In this document: one piece after another, positions 24,535 through 32,618 of the stretch
Numbering within the stretch: position 1 is the first letter of the stretch
Layout: every line of letters begins with the position of its first letter
Origin: Candidatus Nomurabacteria bacterium
GTDB taxonomy: Bacteria; Patescibacteriota; Saccharimonadia; JAGOAT01
Length of the DNA: 64,000 nt
Direction of reading: 5' to 3'
NCBI GenBank assembly: GCA_020639315.1
Contig: JACKGM010000001.1
Location: forward strand, 82,511-146,510
The notes under the pieces: generated by a model
What the model was told of the DNA's origin: nothing
Databases searched by the model: none
What the model saw: the letters and a program-made list of their open reading frames with translations, nothing else
Position numbers and translations under genes: made by a program

Positions 24535-24784
24535 GTTTTGTCTAGAAGCGTGACTAGTAGCTGAGTTTTGGGTGGGTTTTGAGGGGTTATCTTGACTAGG
24601 AACAGCAAAATTAACTACTGGGCTGGAGACTCTAGCCTGACCAGTATTGCGGGATTTTGACCTAACTGCATTGCTATAAATCAGTTGTCCAGTTGGTTGA
24701 ACTCTGCGCTTAGCTTTTGGCTTGGGACTGATATCTGATACTAAAATCTTACCCTCACTACTTAATACTCATTGTATATTTACA

Positions 24785-24813
24785 ATTTTAGCTAGAATAA
24801 TTTATTTGGTCAA
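24785..24813 (-). promoter_or_regulatory. Canonical sigma-70-type promoter for the RpfB-like gene
   Basis: Minus-strand TTGACC (24813-24808), 17-nt spacer, TAAAAT (24790-24785). Confidence 0.6.
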
Positions 24814-24834
24814 TAGAGAGCTATCGTGTAAACT
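24806..24834 (+). promoter_or_regulatory. Divergent promoter for ORF 24841, with its -35 overlapping the opposite promoter's -35
   Basis: TTGGTC (24806-24811), 17-nt spacer, TAAACT (24829-24834), then 6 nt to the ATG. TTGGTCAA is shared face-to-face with TTGACC on the other strand. Confidence 0.5.
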
Positions 24835-24840
24835 ATAGCT

Positions 24841-25368
24841 ATGGATATAATTATAGAAAACAACCAAGTAACCCTGACTATCAACAAAGCCCAAATTGCT
24901 CTGAATCACCCAGATCCAAAGGCTCAAGTCATATTGTCTAGTACCCCAGCTGACTATTCAAAGAGTTACAAAGGTCTGGTGTTCGATTCTCCAGGAGAGT
25001 ATGAAGTCAATAGTATTATGATTGATGGGATCTATCTTGATCCTGGCCATAGTGCTTATACCCTAGAAAATAACTTTATACACTGTCTCTGGCTGGCGGA
25101 TTACGATCAGACCCCTAGCGAAAAACAATTTGACCAACTAGATCAGGTCAATGTCTTGGTGATTTCTCTAGACAATACGAACTTTGACGATATTGATAAG
25201 CTAATTAAGATGGTTGAGCCAATCATCGTAGTAGCCTATGGTAATGACTCTGACAAAAAAGCTACCTTCAAAAAAGAAGTTAGCCAGTCTGAGACTCTTG
25301 ATAAAAATAAACTCAAAATTAGCAAAAAAGACCTCGAGGTTGAGACTACTAGCTATTACCTAGTATAA
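24841..25368 (+). CDS. Hypothetical protein, possibly a degenerate metallo-beta-lactamase-fold (Lactamase_B_3-like) protein
   Basis: 175 aa. SPGEYEVNSIMIDGI resembles the GPGEYE..gv.i.G strand of small UlaG-like MBL-fold proteins, but no HxHxDH motif is seen. Confidence 0.4.
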   Translation: MDIIIENNQVTLTINKAQIALNHPDPKAQVILSSTPADYSKSYKGLVFDSPGEYEVNSIMIDGIYLDPGHSAYTLENNFIHCLWLADYDQTPSEKQFDQLDQVNVLVISLDNTNFDDIDKLIKMVEPIIVVAYGNDSDKKATFKKEVSQSETLDKNKLKISKKDLEVETTSYYLV

Positions 25369-25374
25369 CAACTT

Positions 25375-25955
25375 AAATACTGGATCTCCGGTATTTATCT
25401 TTTAGAGAAATCCGAAGATGACGAAGAAGAGGCGGAAATTTGGTTTGGTGACCCAATTCCTGTCATCCTCCGAAACTGCCCCTGTATTGTCATCCTCCGA
25501 AACCTGCCTCTCTCTTGTCATCCTCCGAAGTTCAGAGAACTTACGGGGATCCAGCATCTTTGCATTTGCATTCGTCATACTCAGAGCTTGCTCTGGGTAT
25601 CCAGAAACAACAACAAACATTAAAAGTAACTGGGTTAATTTAAGTGCATTATCTAGAGTTATGGATCCCCAACTTTTCCTTCAAGTGAAGGGCGGAAAAG
25701 TCGAGGATGACTCGACTCTTGTCATCCTCCGAAACCTGCCTCTCTTGTCTTCCTCCGAAGTTCGGAGAACTTACGGGGGATCCAGTATTCTGGCATTGTG
25801 CATTGTCTTCCTCCGAATTCTCCTTGAGAGAATTACGGGGGATCCAGTATCTCGCATTTCTGGAATCCAATCCAGATACTGGATCTCCGGTATTTCTCTA
25901 AAGAGAAATCCGAAGATGACAGGAGGAGGGTATTATCATCCTCCGAAACTCCGAA
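25375..25955. repeat. Large intergenic mosaic: about 7 full hairpin units, about 4 half units, inverted module D
   Basis: Subtype-2 reverse units at 25377-25423 and 25873-25920. 28-nt-spaced half units 25452-25507 ending in full unit 25508-25555. Forward units at 25745-25790 and 25808-25853. Long-stem variant at 25661-25712. Confidence 0.85.
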
Positions 25956-26001
25956 GGATATACATATGTACATTAATAGAATTGTATGATAGGATAGACA
26001 T

Positions 26002-26292
26002 ATGAGCTATCAAGTAAGTGCTCCGATCAGTACCAAGGTATTTCGCAATGGCAACAGTAGGGCTTTGAGAATTCCTAGCACAACCTTACCTGATATTCAG
26101 CCGGGGGATATAGTAGAAGTAATATTGAGAAAAAAGAAGCAAGCGCGAGCTGGATGGGATCAACAGTTTAAGACAGCGGTTGCGAAGTCTAACAAAGTTG
26201 TCAGTGACCAATACGGTCAGCTCGATAATGACTGGGCAATATCGGATGGGCTAGATAGGGAGGAAGATTGGGGGTTTGTTGATCAAGGTTGA
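26002..26292 (+). CDS. mazE: AbrB/MazE-type antitoxin
   Basis: N-terminal swapped-hairpin motif VFRNGNSRALRIPS. 96 aa. Overlaps the downstream MazF-type gene by 17 nt. Confidence 0.7.
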   Translation: MSYQVSAPISTKVFRNGNSRALRIPSTTLPDIQPGDIVEVILRKKKQARAGWDQQFKTAVAKSNKVVSDQYGQLDNDWAISDGLDREEDWGFVDQG

Positions 26293-26605
26293 AAGAGGAG
26301 CGATCTATATGGCTTATCTCGATCCTGTGGTCGGTAGAGAGCAACGAGGCAGAAGGCCAGTGGTGGTGATTTCACCTAGTGAGATTCAGGATAATCTGGA
26401 TCGAGCAATAGTAGTACCATTTACTACTCAGAAAAAAGACTACCCTACTTATTGGAGTTATAAGCTAAAGGGCAAGACTAGTTACGCTATGCTTGATCAG
26501 ATTAGGACTTTGGATTTGAAACGTTTGCAAAATAAAGTGACTGAGTTGTCATCTGTTGAGCTCGCTAGATTGCTAGCTCGGGTTCAGGAATTGTTTGCTG
26601 TCTAA
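26276..26605 (+). CDS. mazF: MazF/PemK-family mRNA interferase toxin
   Basis: RGAIYMAYLDPVVGREQRGRRPVVVISP and ...MLDQIRTLDLKRL are typical of PemK/MazF. Confidence 0.85.
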   Translation: MLIKVERGAIYMAYLDPVVGREQRGRRPVVVISPSEIQDNLDRAIVVPFTTQKKDYPTYWSYKLKGKTSYAMLDQIRTLDLKRLQNKVTELSSVELARLLARVQELFAV

Positions 26606-26619
26606 TTGGTTGTATTGTG

Positions 26620-26745
26620 CCTTGTCATCCTCCGGTCAAATACTGGATCTCCGGGATTTCTCTAAAGAGAAATCCGAAGATGACAGGAGGAGGGCATTGT
26701 CATCCTCCGAAGTTCGGAGAACTTACGGGGGATCCAGTATTCGGC
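26620..26745. repeat. Hairpin-cassette doublet between the convergent mazF and rpmB genes
   Basis: Reverse subtype-2 unit 26640-26686, then GGAGGAGGGCAT, then forward subtype-1 unit 26698-26742. Confidence 0.85.
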
Positions 26746-26791
26746 ATTGTGTATCATTATCTCTTGAAAACAATGATAGAGGTATGGTTCG

Positions 26792-26998
26792 CTAGGCCTT
26801 GGCAGCAATCTTTTGCTTCTCAAGCTTGTTGAGAGTACGGATAGTTGAAGCTGCTAGCTTCAAGCGGACTTTTTGTCCATCGATAATAATGGTCTTTTTC
26901 TGAAGATTAGGCTTGAACACCCGCTTGGTTTTGCGCTGGGAATGAGAGACATTTTGCCCATACATTTTACCCTTGCCTGTAATATCACATTTGTACAT
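26792..26998 (-). CDS. rpmB: 50S ribosomal protein L28
   Basis: MYKCDITGKGKMYGQNVSHSQRKTKRVFKPNLQKK is a canonical L28 N-terminus. Confidence 0.9.
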   Translation of the reverse strand: MYKCDITGKGKMYGQNVSHSQRKTKRVFKPNLQKKTIIIDGQKVRLKLAASTIRTLNKLEKQKIAAKA

Positions 26999-27043
26999 AA
27001 CTTGGTTAGTATAGCATATCTATAAATATGACGCAATATCAAA

Positions 27044-28216
27044 TTAGCTAGCCAACCCAGGCATTGGTTGCCCAGAAACCAGCGCCAGACTAGCTCCACC
27101 ACCTGTCGAGACAAAGTCAAACTGATTTTCTAGCCCCAATTCCCGCACCAGACTGACTGTGTCCCCGCCACCGACCAGACTATAAGCCTTAGAGCTAGCA
27201 ATTGCTTGGGCTATCTGTTGACTGGCCTTGCGATATGCCCGTATCTCTGCCATACCTAGGTCTCCATTCCAAAATATTGTCTTTGCTTCAGCGATAATCT
27301 TGATCCAGGTTTGAATTGTTTGTTCTCCAATATCTAAGATGATATCTTGAGAGTTGACTGAATAAATGCCCTTATTGGTATGAGGTATATTAGCTCCTAT
27401 CTCCTTAGCAATTACCACATCAAATGGTAAAAACAACTTTACGCCCAAATCATTTGCTCTTTGAGTGATACGAATTGCCTCTGGACACAATTCTGGCTCA
27501 ACCAAACTATTCCCTACCTGATGATCGCTAGCCAATAAAAAGGTATTGGCCATTGCCCCGCCTATGATCAAAATGTCCACTTTACTTAGCAAACTTTCCA
27601 AAACCTGAAGCTTATCGGAAACCTTAGCTCCACCAATCACTGCCAGATAAGGTCTCTCCACCTCCCCAAGCAGTCTCCCAATTTGACCGACTTCATCCGC
27701 CATCAACTCTCCCCTTTCAAGTTCAAAACTCTTGATTCCAGCCTCGACACTACTATCAGCCCTGTGAGCAACTGCAAAAGCATCATTGATATAGACTAAA
27801 GTATCAAGGTCTTGGCTACTCACGCCAATCTTACGCAATATCTCCATAATATAGTTTGGATCATTGGCTTTCTCGCGTGGATCAAATCTCAAATTTTCAA
27901 GCATCACGATTGAACCGCTTGCCCAAACATCTTCGACTTTGACCTTCAGGCCTATTTCAAACTGATTGAGTAGTACTACCTCCCGGCCGAGCAACTTACT
28001 GAGCTCTGCTGCTACTGGTGCAAGGCTATACTTGAGATCACTAATCGTTTTTGGTCTACCTAAGTGACTAGCCAAAATCAGCCTATCTGTCCGCTCCAAA
28101 GCTTTGTCAATCGTATCAAGCCCTCTTACCAAACGATAATCATCGACTACCCTACCGTCTAGGATTGGTACATTATAATCCCCTCTGATCATTATCACTG
28201 GCTTATCTTTTGTCAT
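27044..28216 (-). CDS. pgk: Phosphoglycerate kinase
   Basis: RGDYNVP, AHRA, GGGDT and STGGGASL motifs. GGAGGT Shine-Dalgarno. Confidence 0.95.
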   Translation of the reverse strand: MTKDKPVIMIRGDYNVPILDGRVVDDYRLVRGLDTIDKALERTDRLILASHLGRPKTISDLKYSLAPVAAELSKLLGREVVLLNQFEIGLKVKVEDVWASGSIVMLENLRFDPREKANDPNYIMEILRKIGVSSQDLDTLVYINDAFAVAHRADSSVEAGIKSFELERGELMADEVGQIGRLLGEVERPYLAVIGGAKVSDKLQVLESLLSKVDILIIGGAMANTFLLASDHQVGNSLVEPELCPEAIRITQRANDLGVKLFLPFDVVIAKEIGANIPHTNKGIYSVNSQDIILDIGEQTIQTWIKIIAEAKTIFWNGDLGMAEIRAYRKASQQIAQAIASSKAYSLVGGGDTVSLVRELGLENQFDFVSTGGGASLALVSGQPMPGLAS

Positions 28217-28246
28217 TGTCTTGTTACCTCCATAATTATTATTTTA

Positions 28247-30475
28247 TTATTTCACCCACCACCCAAAGGTCGAACCTTGACCATTACTGACTGGGGAGGA
28301 GAAAAAGATTCCTCCTCCGTGATCTTCTGTCACTCTCTTGACTAGATAGATACCTAGACCTGTGCCATCACTTCTAGTTCTTTGGGCATTGTCTGCTCGA
28401 TAGAATTTAGAGAAGAGTTTGGCTTGTTTGTCAGGAGGTACACCGATACCAGTGTCTGTCACCTGAAAGACTGGGTAGAGGACACTCTCTAGGTCCCCAC
28501 TGAAGTCTGGCTTGGAAGCGATGTCTGAGGATTGGATGATTGCTTTTAATTCGCTTACGCTTAGAAGCTTAAGAGTTAGCTTGATTGTTCCCTCTTGGGT
28601 ATAGTAGATAGCATTATCAATTAGATTCATCACTGCTTGACGGATTTTGGCTTTGTCTAAAGCTTGAGGGGGGATGTCTTCAAGGTCTGTTACTAGCCTT
28701 AACCCCTTGTCCTCAATACTAGGGATTAGATTCTCTAGCTCTTGCTTGATTAGTTCCTTGAGGTCTACTGCTTCTCTCTGGATGAAGAATCGATCTTGGG
28801 AGATTCTTGAGACATTGAGTAGGTCGTTGATGGTAGAATCCATATTGCCGACAGTGGTCATAATCCTTCTAGCAGCCATTGTTTGATCTGAGGTAGCCTT
28901 ACCTAGCTCTCCGGTGATAAAGAGGTCACTATAGCCCCTAATCGTAGTGATTGGGGTCTTTAGTTGATGAGATGCCATTGAGAGGAATTCATCCTTGGCT
29001 TTGTCTAGAGCTCTTAGGTTCTTGTTGGCAGTGCGGAGTTTTTCGGTAGCAGACTTAACTTTATGCTGGAGAGTGACATTGAAGTCTTCGATTTTAGCTA
29101 CTGCTAGGGCATTGTCTAGGGCGATTGCTAAATCATTTGAAACAATTGAGAGAGTGGAGTAATCTAAGCTATTGTAGATGTCACCACTTCTCTTTCCGCC
29201 TAAAAGTAAGTAGCCATTGAGTTTTTTGTTGTTTACTAGGGGGAAGATCATACTGAGGCTATTTTTCTGCATGAAAAACTTTTTGTCGCTCTCAGTCAAC
29301 TCGTCATAGACCGCAGGTTCTTTACCGAAGAGTTGGGGTACTTGACTAATCTCACCATATGATCTGAATAGTCCCTTCTTGCCTGATTTCATAAAGTTTT
29401 GGTTGTTTCTAAAGTATTCTTGACCATCATCGTCTAAGACTAGTATGTTACCTCTCTCGGTTTTGATCGTAGTGTAGATCAGGGCTAGAGTCTTACTAGC
29501 GATTGGGGCAAGCTTGTAATTGGAAGAATAGACATCTCCTAGCTTAGTCAATAGAGCTTGAGCATCATAACGATTTCTAAAGAATAGTTGATCGGTCAAT
29601 CTCTCAAAGAACTTTCTTAGGATTGGGAAGGTCAGGGCTAGGAGGGTGGCTAGGAGGATGTAGGCAACCAACTTGGCTACAGTAAATGTATTGTCGTCCT
29701 CCAGTACTAGTCCAATTCCAAAAAATAAAACAGCACTATAAAGCAAGACTAAGCTAAAGAGAGTAACGGTATAGAAAAAGGATCTCGCTAAAGTTGCCCG
29801 GATATCAAAAAGCTGTCTTTTTGATATCGCAAAAGCATTAAAAGTCGAAAATATGATCAGGAGCAAAGGAGCAGAACGAATACTCCAGCTGATACCAAAC
29901 ACTACTGGCATAATAATATTGGTAGTTACCCCTAGGTTGATAATAACGATTAACCCGATGGCAATCAGCTTGAGCTGGCTTTTCTGATAAATATCTACTT
30001 GCTGATAGGCAACTCGAAAAGCCAAAGCGGTATAAAATACCAAAATCATGAAGCTCACTGCATACAAGGGGAACAAATCACCCGTGATCGGCTTACTTGG
30101 AGCTGTCGTAATATCTACTCCACTAATTATCTGCTCTGATACTAGCGTCACGAAGGCCATAATGCCTGCCATCGAGATCACAAGATAATGCTGATACTTG
30201 CTCATAGGCTTACGCATGAAGACTGTTGCTAGCCCAAAGACTGATCCGACGATCATATAGCTAAAGCTGTAACCAAGCCGATGCCCAAACAGCTTGAGGT
30301 CATAGCTAGCACCATAATCACTAATATATGTCCCGATCAACCAAACGATTGAGCTAAGATTGGACAAAGCATACCACTGAATCGCTCGGGCATGATAATT
30401 GCGCAAAAGAATTACTAGCCCGACAATCCCGACAGTAGTGATCGCGAGTCCGCTAAGCAAAGTATAGTTATCCAT
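28247..30475 (-). CDS. Sensor histidine kinase HK1 (polytopic ~7-8 TM sensor, GAF-like, HisKA, HATPase_c)
   Basis: H-box SHQLKTPITTIRGY, N-box NLIDNAIYYT, G-boxes DTGIGVP / GTGLGIYLV. Start placed at ATG 30475 (MDNYTLLSG); GTG 30520 is an alternative. The C-terminal ~470 aa are identical to HK3. Confidence 0.85.
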   Translation of the reverse strand: MDNYTLLSGLAITTVGIVGLVILLRNYHARAIQWYALSNLSSIVWLIGTYISDYGASYDLKLFGHRLGYSFSYMIVGSVFGLATVFMRKPMSKYQHYLVISMAGIMAFVTLVSEQIISGVDITTAPSKPITGDLFPLYAVSFMILVFYTALAFRVAYQQVDIYQKSQLKLIAIGLIVIINLGVTTNIIMPVVFGISWSIRSAPLLLIIFSTFNAFAISKRQLFDIRATLARSFFYTVTLFSLVLLYSAVLFFGIGLVLEDDNTFTVAKLVAYILLATLLALTFPILRKFFERLTDQLFFRNRYDAQALLTKLGDVYSSNYKLAPIASKTLALIYTTIKTERGNILVLDDDGQEYFRNNQNFMKSGKKGLFRSYGEISQVPQLFGKEPAVYDELTESDKKFFMQKNSLSMIFPLVNNKKLNGYLLLGGKRSGDIYNSLDYSTLSIVSNDLAIALDNALAVAKIEDFNVTLQHKVKSATEKLRTANKNLRALDKAKDEFLSMASHQLKTPITTIRGYSDLFITGELGKATSDQTMAARRIMTTVGNMDSTINDLLNVSRISQDRFFIQREAVDLKELIKQELENLIPSIEDKGLRLVTDLEDIPPQALDKAKIRQAVMNLIDNAIYYTQEGTIKLTLKLLSVSELKAIIQSSDIASKPDFSGDLESVLYPVFQVTDTGIGVPPDKQAKLFSKFYRADNAQRTRSDGTGLGIYLVKRVTEDHGGGIFFSSPVSNGQGSTFGWWVK
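28255..29662. repeat. 1408-bp direct repeat, copy 1 (3' part of HK1)
   Basis: Base for base the same, as far as I can compare by eye, as 32611-34018 (constant offset 4356). The antisense ORFs 28674-28886 and 33030-33242 are identical. Confidence 0.85.
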
Positions 30476-32618
30476 CACTTCTCCTAGTATATGGTATCCA
30501 AACTCCGAAGACCGAACCACCTTCTGGACTGATAGGTGATCTAAAAATCACATTGCCATAATGGATTCTAGCGATTTCTCGTACTAGGTATATACCTAGC
30601 CCATTACCATCTGGTCTGACTGTCTTGGCATTGCTGGCTCGGTAAAATTTAGTAAATAGTTGCTTTTGTTTGCTCTCAGGTACCCCAATCCCAGTATCAG
30701 TGACATAAAAAGCTAGGTATTTACGACGAGGAGCGATTGCTTCTCCACCTAGAGACCCCAGCTGACGAAGTTGGCTACCAGTCAAGACTTTTGCTGATAC
30801 CCTGATCTGACCTCGGTCAGTATACTGAATTGCATTATCTATCAGATTGATTACTACTTGCCTCAGTTTGCCACCATCAGCAAAGATCTTGATTGGCTCT
30901 GGCAAATCAAGTATTAGATCCAAACCTTGCTTGATTGAAACTTTCCGATAGTGATACTCTTCCTCGACCATAGCACCAAAATCAAAGCTAGCTTTACTAA
31001 TCACCAATCTACCTTGAGCCAATCTAGAAGTAGCGAGCAGGTCCTCCAATAACTGGTTCATGTTTTGACCAGCTTGATTGATCTGACTGAGGATCTGCTT
31101 TTGCTCTGAGGTAATATGACCAAACTCTCCGTCAACCAACATCTCACTATACCCCCTGATCGTAGTGAGTGGAGTTCTAAGCTGATGTGATGCGATCGAG
31201 ATAAACTCATCCTTACTTTTGTCCAAGGCCTTGAGCTTTTCTAGGGTATCTTTCAGACGGTAATTAACCTTGGCATTATCTAGGGCAACCGCCAAATCTC
31301 CAGCTACTATTTCAATCGTTTGATAGTCATTTTCGGTATATATATCGCGACTCACTTTTTGACCAAGCACAATATGTCCGACTAGTTTACCCTTAAGAAT
31401 CATTGGAAAAATCAGTTCTGCCCCCTGACTCTTTAATTGATGCAAGGTAGCAGTATCCAAAATATGATCGACAAATATCACCTCATCCTTCAGGTAATGC
31501 CAATTCTTGGTATTAAAAATCTTATAATTAGTTGCATGGCTAAATGCAATCCGATTATGCTCATAGACAATTATCTGCAGATTCTCAAGTCCCATCTGGT
31601 CTACTATGACCTTTGCAGTATCCTTGATCATGGCTTCAAGCTTGAGATCTCTTGCTAAAATCCTACTGACTTCTCCAATCAATTGACCAGGATAGTAGTG
31701 ATAATGGTAAAACCACTTATAAGTATTTTTTTCAAAAAATCCAAGCATCGGCTGAAATAGTACGGCCAAGATAATAATGATCGGAATGAAGGCTAAGCGC
31801 TCAGGAGTAGTCAGCTTATGATCAAGACCAATTAAGCTTCCTAGATAATAACTTGCAAATAAACTGTAGATAATTGCTAATACAATGACTGCTACGCTAA
31901 AAGCCAAAGACCTACTAAAGATTAGTTTGAGATCGAATATCTTGTTTCTGAGGATTACATAAGAGTTGACAATCACCATCCCCGCCATTACAAATAATCC
32001 GATTTGACTGACCCAACCGTCGTTGATTAGGCTTGGCAAGACCAAGTTGGTCAAGACTACCAGGCTAATCCCGGTAGCATAAGTGGTCAGCATTACCTTG
32101 ATCTGAATCTTTTTGACATTTTCGACAGTATCCATTGCCCTGAGTAAATTTCTAATCGAAGGCAAAAGGACTGCAAACAAAATCACCACAAAGCTCCAAT
32201 AGTATCTACCCTTTTGGTCTACCAAAAACCCATCTTGATTCTGATAGCCTGCGACTACCTGATCAGTCAAGAGAATAGCCGAGTAAACCAATCCAAAAAT
32301 CCAAAGTTTGATCTTGCCAAGCCGGCTAAAGGGTTTGATTTCTCCCAAGTAAGCCCGACTCATTCCATAAAAAGCAATGATTGATAAAAACCCAAAAACA
32401 AATGTCAGGCGATTAGCAAAAATCGTGATCTGATCGCTAATAAACAAGCTTGCTACCAATGTAGCAACCTGCCAAAGCCCTCCAGTCAAAGCAAAGCCTA
32501 GAAACCAATGTGAAAGTCTACGATTCATCCCCCGCTTGAATACTAATCCACCAAAAACAAAGAGGATTAAAACTGGGATAATCGAAGTGATGACTATCTG
32601 ATTCACTTGACCCACCAC
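30468..32618 (-). CDS. Sensor histidine kinase HK2 (same architecture, diverged paralogue)
   Basis: H-box SHQLRTPLTTIRGY, NLIDNAIQYT, DTGIGVP, GNGLGIYLV. An alternative start GTG 32606 would give a GTGA overlap with the HK3 stop. Confidence 0.85.
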   Translation of the reverse strand: MVGQVNQIVITSIIPVLILFVFGGLVFKRGMNRRLSHWFLGFALTGGLWQVATLVASLFISDQITIFANRLTFVFGFLSIIAFYGMSRAYLGEIKPFSRLGKIKLWIFGLVYSAILLTDQVVAGYQNQDGFLVDQKGRYYWSFVVILFAVLLPSIRNLLRAMDTVENVKKIQIKVMLTTYATGISLVVLTNLVLPSLINDGWVSQIGLFVMAGMVIVNSYVILRNKIFDLKLIFSRSLAFSVAVIVLAIIYSLFASYYLGSLIGLDHKLTTPERLAFIPIIIILAVLFQPMLGFFEKNTYKWFYHYHYYPGQLIGEVSRILARDLKLEAMIKDTAKVIVDQMGLENLQIIVYEHNRIAFSHATNYKIFNTKNWHYLKDEVIFVDHILDTATLHQLKSQGAELIFPMILKGKLVGHIVLGQKVSRDIYTENDYQTIEIVAGDLAVALDNAKVNYRLKDTLEKLKALDKSKDEFISIASHQLRTPLTTIRGYSEMLVDGEFGHITSEQKQILSQINQAGQNMNQLLEDLLATSRLAQGRLVISKASFDFGAMVEEEYHYRKVSIKQGLDLILDLPEPIKIFADGGKLRQVVINLIDNAIQYTDRGQIRVSAKVLTGSQLRQLGSLGGEAIAPRRKYLAFYVTDTGIGVPESKQKQLFTKFYRASNAKTVRPDGNGLGIYLVREIARIHYGNVIFRSPISPEGGSVFGVWIPYTRRSDG

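Noticed and set aside
28674-28886. Identical 70-aa antisense ORFs at 28674-28886 and 33030-33242.
   Set aside because: They are a by-product of the 1408-bp duplication inside the histidine kinase genes. They are useful only as evidence of identity.
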